The notes under the pieces were generated by a model, which worked only from the letters and a program-made list of their open reading frames with translations, had not been told where the DNA came from and did not search any database. The position numbers and the translations under genes were made by a program. A stretch of DNA of 32,000 nucleotides from Erysipelotrichaceae bacterium MTC7 (GTDB lineage Bacteria > Bacillota_I > Bacilli_A > Erysipelotrichales > Erysipelotrichaceae): assembly GCA_001695645.1 (NCBI GenBank), contig LVZN01000067.1, positions 71,105 through 103,104 on the forward strand, in the 5' to 3' direction. Within the stretch, counting starts at the first letter, position 1. Each line of letters begins with the position of its first letter. Below, in pieces: positions 10,458 through 17,240 of this stretch.

Positions 10458-10479
10458 ACTTCAAAGGAAGTCTTTTTTT
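10456..10479 (+). terminator. rho-independent terminator after the 54-codon ORF
   Basis: AGACTTC (10456-10462), loop AAAG, GAAGTCT (10467-10473), then T6. It overlaps the stop codon. Confidence 0.7.
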
Positions 10480-10511
10480 AGTCTTATCGCATACAAGTAC
10501 CAATGTGAATG

Positions 10512-10520
10512 TGGTACAAT
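10512..10520 (+). promoter_or_regulatory. extended -10 element TGgTACAAT placed 6 nt before the recJ ATG (possible leaderless start)
   Basis: TG at 10512-10513 and TACAAT at 10515-10520, then ACTTGC and ATG at 10527. No SD precedes either 10509 or 10527. Confidence 0.4.
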
Positions 10521-10526
10521 ACTTGC

Positions 10527-12119
10527 ATGATATATAAAGAGAATCGCTTGTTGCATGTTGATGACATAGCAACAACTTACAATGTTTCATCGCTAGTTGC
10601 TAAAGTACTTAGCTACAATAAACTAGCAGATGAACAAATCAAACAAATTCTATATGATACGAAAACAACAGATGATTTATCATATGATGATGCACTACCA
10701 ATTGTAGAACGTTTAAAACAAGCAAAAGCAGACAATGAGAAAGTCTTAATTTGTGGAGACTATGATGCTGATGGTATTTGTTCAACAACCATTTTATATG
10801 ATGCGTTACAAATCTATGGGATTACTTGTGGATATTACATCCCCAATCGATTTACAGAAGGATATGGATTGGCTAAAAAAACAGTCAAGATGGCAGTCGA
10901 AAAAGGGTATAGCATTTTGATTACAGTTGACAACGGAGTGAAAGCTTTAGAAGCACTTGCGTATGCAAAAGAGCAGGGGATTACCATTATGTTAACGGAT
11001 CATCACAGTTATCAGAAAGATGAGTTAATCTATGATTATTTTTTACATCCAAATGTTATGCAACAACCGTTTCAACATTTGTGTGGAGCGGGTGTCGCTT
11101 TTGTGATAAGTCGTGCCTTGATTGGTCGTAACGATTATCATACAACGCTTGCATCAATTGCAACTATCGCGGATATGGTTGGGGTGCTTGATGCAAACCG
11201 AGTGATTATTAAAGAAGGATTGTTGTATTTAAATCAAAATCGATTTGCCAATATACAATATTTGGCCGATGATAAAAATCCGTGGAATACCACGAAAGTT
11301 GGTTTTCAAATTGCGCCAAAGCTTAATGCGATTGGGCGTTTGGCAGACCAAGCAAACGTCAACAACCTTGTAAAATATTTACTCTTACAAGATACCGTGC
11401 AAATTGAAAATAGTGTTAAACAAATTAAAGAAGTAAATAATAAGCGTAAAGAAATCAGCGCAGCAAATGAGCAAATCGCAATGCAAACCGTCAATGGACA
11501 TGACGATTTTATGATTGCCTATTCAGAAGATTTCCACGAGGGACTCAATGGAATTGTTGCAATGAAATTAACGCAGACGTATGGCAAAAGTGCAATGGTC
11601 CTAACGAATAAGGATGGTATCTTAAAGGGAAGCATTCGTTCCGTTGGGCTTGACTTAACCAAAGTATTTCTTGACATGGAAGACATGTTACTTGCTTATG
11701 GTGGTCATAAACAAGCTGCAGGTATCTCTTTTTATGAAAAAGATGTAGATAAGATTCATGCGTACTTACAAGAAGTTGCCAAACATGAAACCATCGAAGA
11801 TGTTATCACATATATTCCTTTACAAGATGCTGATGTAACAGTTGGTAACATCGCACAACTTGATGCACTTGATCCCTATGGTGTAGGATTTGAAAAGCCA
11901 AAGTTTGCTTGCACCATTCGCGAGTATAAACTTAGTACACTAAGTTATGGAAAACACCTAAAGATCCAAACCGCAAATATGGACTTTTTGTACTTCAATC
12001 AAGGTGCGAAAATTGCTGAATTTGAGGGTAAAAATTTGACGTTAATCGGGGATGTTTCAATTAATACGTTCCGTAATAAAAAAACAATAACCATGATTGT
12101 TGAATCTGTGTTATTATAA
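10527..12119 (+). CDS. recJ: single-stranded-DNA-specific exonuclease RecJ (DHH/DHHA1), short form
   Basis: DHH-family motifs ICGDYDADGICST, TVDNG and LTDHH, plus DHHA1 GGHKQAAG. Start could be 10509 or 10527, and I prefer 10527 (MIYKEN...). Confidence 0.85.
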   Translation: MIYKENRLLHVDDIATTYNVSSLVAKVLSYNKLADEQIKQILYDTKTTDDLSYDDALPIVERLKQAKADNEKVLICGDYDADGICSTTILYDALQIYGITCGYYIPNRFTEGYGLAKKTVKMAVEKGYSILITVDNGVKALEALAYAKEQGITIMLTDHHSYQKDELIYDYFLHPNVMQQPFQHLCGAGVAFVISRALIGRNDYHTTLASIATIADMVGVLDANRVIIKEGLLYLNQNRFANIQYLADDKNPWNTTKVGFQIAPKLNAIGRLADQANVNNLVKYLLLQDTVQIENSVKQIKEVNNKRKEISAANEQIAMQTVNGHDDFMIAYSEDFHEGLNGIVAMKLTQTYGKSAMVLTNKDGILKGSIRSVGLDLTKVFLDMEDMLLAYGGHKQAAGISFYEKDVDKIHAYLQEVAKHETIEDVITYIPLQDADVTVGNIAQLDALDPYGVGFEKPKFACTIREYKLSTLSYGKHLKIQTANMDFLYFNQGAKIAEFEGKNLTLIGDVSINTFRNKKTITMIVESVLL

Positions 12120-12135
12120 CAAATGAGGTATGAAG

Positions 12136-12651
12136 ATGGACTTAAAAAAATATATAGCAGAAATACAAAATTTCCCAGTAGATGGGGTATTGTTTAGAGA
12201 CATCACACCGTTGATGCAAGATGGAAAAGCATTTCGCGAAGCGTGTGACGCATTGATTGCATTTGCCCTAGAAGTAGGTGCAGAAGTAATTGTTGGACCA
12301 GAATCAAGAGGATTTATTTTTGGTTGCCCAGTGGCATATGCACTAGGTATTGGGTTTGTGCCAATTCGTAAGCCAGGAAAACTGCCAAGAAAAACGGAAT
12401 CTATTTCGTACGACTTGGAATATGGATCAAACGAGTTACACATTCACGCTGATGCCATAAAACCAGGACAAAAAGTATTGATTATTGATGATTTACTTGC
12501 AACTGGTGGTACGGTAAAAGCAACCATTGATTTGGTCGAAAGGCTTGGTGGAGAAGTTGTCGGTTGTGAATTCTTTAATGAATTGATGGACCTTAAAGGC
12601 CGTGACTTATTAAAGGGTTACAAGATTAAATCGATTATTCAATACGACTAA
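12136..12651 (+). CDS. apt: adenine phosphoribosyltransferase
   Basis: MDLKKYI...[32 protein letters not shown] and the PRPP motif [20 protein letters not shown] favours ATG 12136 over 12130. Confidence 0.95.
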   Translation: MDLKKYIAEIQNFPVDGVLFRDITPLMQDGKAFREACDALIAFALEVGAEVIVGPESRGFIFGCPVAYALGIGFVPIRKPGKLPRKTESISYDLEYGSNELHIHADAIKPGQKVLIIDDLLATGGTVKATIDLVERLGGEVVGCEFFNELMDLKGRDLLKGYKIKSIIQYD

Positions 12652-12672
12652 AAGTGCGAATGCACTTTTTTC
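12651..12672 (+). terminator. rho-independent terminator after apt
   Basis: AAAGTGC (12651-12657), loop GAAT, GCACTTT (12662-12668), and the T-run continues. Confidence 0.7.
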
Positions 12673-12681
12673 TATATAGTA

Positions 12682-12690
12682 TGTTATAAT
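12682..12690 (+). promoter_or_regulatory. extended -10 element TGtTATAAT upstream of rel
   Basis: TG at 12682-12683 and TATAAT at 12685-12690. AGAGGAG SD at 12703-12709 and ATG at 12714. Confidence 0.45.
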
Positions 12691-12713
12691 TTGTGTAAAT
12701 AAAGAGGAGTTTT

Positions 12714-14924
12714 ATGGAAGATACATTGATCACGTTTGATGAGGTTATGGATGAGGTTAAATCCTATATTAAAAAAGAGGAAAACTTAAAACTTATTCAA
12801 GATGCCTATGAATTCGCAGAAGAAAAACACCGCCCACAAAAAAGAAAAAGTGGTGCACCATATGTGGTGCACGTTTTGCACGTAGCAAGAATCTTAGCTG
12901 ACTTACGAACTGGACCTAGTACGATTGCTGCAGGTTTATTACATGATGTCATTGAAGATTGTGGCATAACGAAAGAAGAATTTATCGAACGTTTTGGTCA
13001 AGAAGTATACATTTTAGTCGAGGCAGTTACAAAAATTGGTTCCTTGAAGTTTAGTGATGAAGAAGAGTATTTAGCAAGTAATCACCGTAAAATCTTTATT
13101 GCGATGGCAAATGATGTCCGTGTAATCTTGATTAAATTGGCAGACCGTTTACATAATATGCGAACACTGCAATTTATGAAACCAGAAAAGCAAAAGAAAA
13201 TTGCGCAAGAAACACTAGATGTTTATGCTCCTATTGCACACCGTTTGGGGATTAGTGAGATTAAAAATGAATTGGAAGACTTGTCTTTCCATTATCTAAA
13301 TCCTGAAAAGTATTATGAAATTGCAAAATTAGTTGAAAATAGAAAAAGCGAACGTGATGAACAAGTTCAAGAAATGATTCGTGAATTTTCAGGGATTTTG
13401 GATGAACATAAGTTACCGTTTCGCATGTTTGGACGTAGCAAACACTTATACAGTATCTACAAAAAGATGGTAAATAAAAATAAACGCTTTGAGGAAATTC
13501 TCGATTTACTTGCCATTCGCATTGTGACAAACACGGAAGTGGGATGTTATGAGATTTTAGGTTACATCCACGCAAAATATACGCCCATTCCAGGACGTTT
13601 CAAAGATTATATCGCGATGCCGAAAATGAACATGTATCAAAGTTTACATACAACCATTGTGGGTATTGAAGGTAATATCTTTGAGGTGCAAATTCGTACC
13701 GAGATGATGGATGAAATTGCCGAACGTGGGGTTGCTGCACACTGGCGTTACAAAGAAAACGCAAATTATGTACCAAACCAACAACAAAAAGAAATTGAAG
13801 AACAATTACATTTCTTCAAAGACTTCCAATTGATGAGTGAAGATGTAAATGAAGATGCAAAATCATTTATGAATTTGATTTCTAAAGATATCTTTGAAGC
13901 CAATGTGTATGTAATGAGTCCAAAAGGAAAAGTTATTGCATTACCAAGTGGATCTACACCATTGGATTTTGCGTATCGAATTCATACGGAAGTAGGTCAC
14001 CAAACCATTGGTGCAACGGTAAATGGGGTACTTGTTCCTTTAAACACGCAATTAAAAACTGGTGATGTGGTAAACATCAAAACCAACAAAAATTCTAAAC
14101 CAAGCGAGGATTGGTTAAAAATTGTAAAATCCAACCACGCAAAAAATAAAATCCGTTCGTATTTCCAACGCATCAAACAAGAAGAAAAAGAAGAAGGTGC
14201 AGAAAAAGGAAAACGTATGTTAGAAGATGAACTTCGTAAACGTGGTTATGAAGTTAAAGATTACATGGCCAACCGTCCGCTTGAACATTTAGCAGGGCAG
14301 TTTAAAATGCATACATTGCTTGATTTGTACTATGCCATTTTCGTAAAAGCTTTACCTTTACAAAATGCAATTGAAAAACTGACGCACCAAAAAGCTGGTG
14401 CTGGAGAAACTGGTGCAAAAGATATTGAGTTTAAAACACATGCACCAACAAAAAAAGAACTTAAAGAACAAAGTTCAAGCAAATATGGGGTTCATGTACC
14501 AGGCATTGATAGTATTGTGATTAGTTTAGCACCATGTTGTTCGCCGGTACCTGGTGATGATATCGTTGGTTATATTACAAAAGGACAAGGGGTAAAAGTT
14601 CACCGTAAAGATTGTCCAAACGTACAAGATTTAAAAGAACGTTTAATTGATGTCGAGTGGGAAGGAAACCGTACGGTAAAAAACTATCCAGTGCATTTGC
14701 TTATCCATTCAACAGATCGCAATTTCTTGTTGAGTGATATTGTTACGGTATCTAGTCAAAGTAAAGTAGGGATGCAACACGTGGACAGTAAAGTGAATGA
14801 AGATGGAATTCATGCAACAACAAAATTAACAGTATTGGTGCAAGACTTGGATCAATTACAAACACTGATTACCAACCTGAAAAAAGTAACAAGCGTTAAT
14901 TCGGTTGAACGTGTAGTATTATAA
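12714..14924 (+). CDS. relA: bifunctional (p)ppGpp synthetase/hydrolase Rel (RSH long form)
   Basis: HD hydrolase domain (HRPQKRKSGAPYVVH...HDVIEDC), synthetase domain (RFKDYIAMPKMNMYQSLHTT, EVQIRT) and TGS and ACT-like C-terminal regions. 736 aa. Confidence 0.95.
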   Translation: MEDTLITFDEVMDEVKSYIKKEENLKLIQDAYEFAEEKHRPQKRKSGAPYVVHVLHVARILADLRTGPSTIAAGLLHDVIEDCGITKEEFIERFGQEVYILVEAVTKIGSLKFSDEEEYLASNHRKIFIAMANDVRVILIKLADRLHNMRTLQFMKPEKQKKIAQETLDVYAPIAHRLGISEIKNELEDLSFHYLNPEKYYEIAKLVENRKSERDEQVQEMIREFSGILDEHKLPFRMFGRSKHLYSIYKKMVNKNKRFEEILDLLAIRIVTNTEVGCYEILGYIHAKYTPIPGRFKDYIAMPKMNMYQSLHTTIVGIEGNIFEVQIRTEMMDEIAERGVAAHWRYKENANYVPNQQQKEIEEQLHFFKDFQLMSEDVNEDAKSFMNLISKDIFEANVYVMSPKGKVIALPSGSTPLDFAYRIHTEVGHQTIGATVNGVLVPLNTQLKTGDVVNIKTNKNSKPSEDWLKIVKSNHAKNKIRSYFQRIKQEEKEEGAEKGKRMLEDELRKRGYEVKDYMANRPLEHLAGQFKMHTLLDLYYAIFVKALPLQNAIEKLTHQKAGAGETGAKDIEFKTHAPTKKELKEQSSSKYGVHVPGIDSIVISLAPCCSPVPGDDIVGYITKGQGVKVHRKDCPNVQDLKERLIDVEWEGNRTVKNYPVHLLIHSTDRNFLLSDIVTVSSQSKVGMQHVDSKVNEDGIHATTKLTVLVQDLDQLQTLITNLKKVTSVNSVERVVL

Positions 14925-15184
14925 AGTAAATCTTTTAAGGGATTTATGAGTATCGTATTAGGTTTACTTTTAGCAGTTAGACAAAGCTGAGATTGATGGT
15001 AAGTTGCAAACGTATGTATCAACTGCTCAAGCAAAAAACAAGATTTTGTAGGTATGAAACAAATTATACTGCAATTCTCAACCATGAAATACGTTGATGA
15101 AAAGGGAATTAAAACGATACAATATCTTATCATTGGAGTCGTTTCTATTCTTTGTTTACGTGCATGTTTGCTCATTATATAAGT

Positions 15185-15212
15185 AAAGACACATTTGATG
15201 TGTCTTTTTTTT
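15185..15212 (+). terminator. strong rho-independent terminator about 260 nt downstream of rel
   Basis: AAAGACACA (15185-15193), loop TTTGA, TGTGTCTTT (15199-15207), then a further T-run. Confidence 0.8.
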
Positions 15213-15216
15213 CGTT

Positions 15217-15245
15217 TTGACAACTTTTGTGTTTCGTGTTATATT
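15217..15245 (+). promoter_or_regulatory. near-consensus sigma-A promoter TTGACA-17 nt-TATATT with a TG extension
   Basis: TTGACA at 15217-15222, TG at 15237-15238 and TATATT at 15240-15245, directly after the terminator and upstream of the TetR gene. Confidence 0.65.
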
Positions 15246-15257
15246 TTTTATAGTTGA

Positions 15258-15271
15258 GTCGGTCAACCGAC
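15258..15271. promoter_or_regulatory. inverted repeat GTCGGT-CA-ACCGAC, candidate TetR operator
   Basis: 6-bp arms with a 2-bp spacer, located between the predicted transcription start and the AGGAG SD (15276-15280) of the TetR gene. Confidence 0.4.
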
Positions 15272-15285
15272 CGATAGGAGAAAGT

Positions 15286-15885
15286 ATGGCAAGGAAAGAA
15301 AAGAAAAAACACGAACTGGAAGTGTTAGATACGGATCATCAAGAATCAACAAAAGTTTTAGTCGATATGCGCACACATATTTTGCGTGTTGCAACGGATT
15401 TAATGATGAAACAGGGAATTAAAGAAACAAGTTTAAAAGATATTGCAAAAACAGCAGGTATTTCAAAAGGAACTTTATATTATTACTATTCTGCTAAAAA
15501 TGACATTATTTTGGATATTGCCGATTTTAACCTAAAAGAAATTACAGAGGGTATATTTGAAAATGTGAAGGCAAATGATTCGGTGGAAACGATACTTTCA
15601 ACCATCATACATAAAGTGTTGGAAGCAAATCAAAGAGCAAAATTGCATATACATTTACTAAGTCAAGCAATCGTTGGTGATGAAGAGTTAGCAAAACGAT
15701 TTCAAAGTATCTATAATCAATGGCATCAACAACTAACTGATATTCTACACGATCGTCTACCTAACCATGATATAGAGGCATTTGTATATATTATTGTAGG
15801 TAGTGTAAATGGTTTAATGATTGAAAAGTTAATGAGTGATCAAGCATTCCCAGTGGATGCAATCGTGAAAGAAATGGTGAGATAA
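15286..15885 (+). CDS. TetR/AcrR-family transcriptional regulator
   Basis: The N-terminal HTH ILRVATDLMMKQGIKETSLKDIAKTAGISKGTLYYYYSAKNDI is a typical TetR_N. AGGAG sits 5 nt upstream of ATG 15286. The tracked start at 15217 would lie on the promoter. Confidence 0.85.
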   Translation: MARKEKKKHELEVLDTDHQESTKVLVDMRTHILRVATDLMMKQGIKETSLKDIAKTAGISKGTLYYYYSAKNDIILDIADFNLKEITEGIFENVKANDSVETILSTIIHKVLEANQRAKLHIHLLSQAIVGDEELAKRFQSIYNQWHQQLTDILHDRLPNHDIEAFVYIIVGSVNGLMIEKLMSDQAFPVDAIVKEMVR

Positions 15886-16578
15886 ATGGAGCAAATGATG
15901 ATGAGAAAACAAAGTAAATTAGATGCAATTACAATTCCACCTTATACAAAAGGTGAAGAAATATTCAATATGGTGAGTCATATTGTTGGTGGTGTATTAG
16001 GGATTGTTGCAACGGTATTATGTGTGGTCGTCGCTGCTAAACATCAAAATGGATACGGCATCGTGAGTGGAGCGATCTTTGGTGCAACGATGATTTTACT
16101 TTATACAACAAGTAGTGTGTATCACGGACTCAGTCCACGTTTAAAAGCAAAGAAAGTATTTCGCATTCTAGACCACTGCGCAATCTATCTGTTGGTTGCT
16201 GGTACATATACACCAATTGCTTTATGCACCATTCGTGCATATGATAGTCAACTTGGTTGGTTTCTTTTTATTGCGATTTGGGCAGTGGCAGCAGCAGGGA
16301 TGACACTAACGGCTTCAAAGTTTAAGAAATTCCAAATTTTGGAAGTTATAATTTATCTAGCTATGGGTTGGAGTGTTTTACTTGCTAAAGATGCAGTCAT
16401 TGCAGGTGTTGGTACAACAGGCTTACTATTTATGTTAATTGGTGGTATTGCTTACTCGATCGGTGTCATCTTTTATGCACTTGGTAAGAAAATGAAGTAT
16501 TCACATTCCATTTTCCATCTATTCATTTTGGTTGGAAGTTTCTTCCACTTTCTAGCAATTGTTTTATATGTTATGTAA
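15886..16578 (+). CDS. hemolysin III / PAQR-family 7-TM membrane protein
   Basis: 7 predicted TM segments. The motifs EEIFNMVSHIVG, SSVYHG, LDHCAIYLLVAGTYTP and HSIFHLFILVGSFFHF are typical of HlyIII/YplQ. ATG abuts the TetR stop. Confidence 0.85.
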   Translation: MEQMMMRKQSKLDAITIPPYTKGEEIFNMVSHIVGGVLGIVATVLCVVVAAKHQNGYGIVSGAIFGATMILLYTTSSVYHGLSPRLKAKKVFRILDHCAIYLLVAGTYTPIALCTIRAYDSQLGWFLFIAIWAVAAAGMTLTASKFKKFQILEVIIYLAMGWSVLLAKDAVIAGVGTTGLLFMLIGGIAYSIGVIFYALGKKMKYSHSIFHLFILVGSFFHFLAIVLYVM

Positions 16579-16606
16579 AGATTTTGGATTTGACTATGAA
16601 ACGACT

Positions 16607-16634
16607 GGAATGTGAGCATTTCATTGTTTTTTTT
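16607..16634 (+). terminator. rho-independent terminator after the HlyIII gene
   Basis: GGAATG (16607-16612), loop TGAG, CATTTC (16617-16622, one G-U pair), ATTG, then T8. Confidence 0.55.
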
Positions 16635-16658
16635 CCATAAGCGTGGTAATATATTCAC

Positions 16659-16870
16659 ATATATCGAAGAAAAAGAGCTTTATGTACAAAGTCTATAGAG
16701 AGGAAACGGTTGGTGAAAGTTTCTGATGAACTACATAAAGGACGCTTTGGAGATGCTAGTTAATCCTAGCCGTTAGCCAACGTTACAGGTCTTGAGTGCA
16801 TGTATCATTACATGAACTAAGGTGGTACCGCGTATAAACGTCCTTAGCAATGAGGGCGTTTTTCTTTTAC
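16659..16870 (+). promoter_or_regulatory. T-box riboswitch leader (tRNA-sensing transcription attenuator) controlling tfoX-N/hisS/aspS
   Basis: - Candidate promoter TTGTTT-17-TGgTAATAT (16624-16652).
- Stem I elements: AGAGAGG bulge (16697-16703), distal loop GGUGAAAG (16712-16719) and 9-bp helix 16678-16686/16732-16740.
- T-box sequence AACUAAGGUGGUACCGCG at 16815-16832.
- Terminator ACGUCCUUA / UGAGGGCGU (16838-16859) followed by U5CU4. Confidence 0.85.
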
Positions 16871-16916
16871 CAATGAAAACATGTTGTTTATAAAAATCAT
16901 GAAGGGAAGTGGATAT

Positions 16917-17239
16917 ATGGCAACAACACAAGATTATATTGAATTTGTGATGGATCAAATCCATACGATACACGATTGTCGTTATAAAAAATGTTTGGTG
17001 AATACATGGTTTATGCGAATGATAAACCCGTATTGTTGGTTTGTGATAATACTGTGTTTGTCAAAAAACATCCACGTTTAGATGAAGTTATGAAAGATGC
17101 TAGTTGTGGTCTTCCATACCCATCTGCTAAGGAACATTATGTACTCGATATTGAAAATCGTACATTGGTTGAAACCGTTATTGATATACTAGAAGAAGTA
17201 ATACCAGTACCAAAGAAAAGAAAGAAAAAAGGAGATTAA
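16917..17239 (+). pseudogene. TfoX/Sxy N-terminal-domain family gene, interrupted by a 1-nt frame change at an A6 run (16986-16991)
   Basis: Frame A from ATG 16917 gives MATTQDYIEFVMDQIHTIHDCRYKK. Frame B from 16991 gives MFGEYMVYANDKPVLLVCDNTVFVKK...PVPKKRKKKGD. Joined, they reproduce the roughly 107-aa Firmicute TfoX_N-family layout. Alternatively, the 82-aa ORF 16991-17239 is translated on its own. Confidence 0.6.
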
Positions 17240-17240
17240 G

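Noticed and set aside
14852-15223. 123-aa minus-strand ORF spanning the rel 3' end and the downstream spacer
   Set aside because: It starts on top of the TetR promoter and the + strand terminator and runs into the rel coding region. It has no translation signals and a Cys/Ile/Phe-rich junk-like composition.
15217-15285. N-terminal extension of the TetR ORF, and likewise the 39-aa extension of the HxlR ORF at 31052-31168
   Set aside because: The extensions overlap promoter and operator sequence, lack SDs and add non-homologous hydrophobic residues. Internal ATGs with good SDs give family-typical N-termini.
16881-17081. 66-aa ORF as an independent gene
   Set aside because: Only residues 13-37 (from ATG 16917) look like protein, namely the TfoX_N N-terminus. 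Everything after the A6 run is out-of-frame read-through, so it is treated as part of the frameshifted TfoX-N gene.
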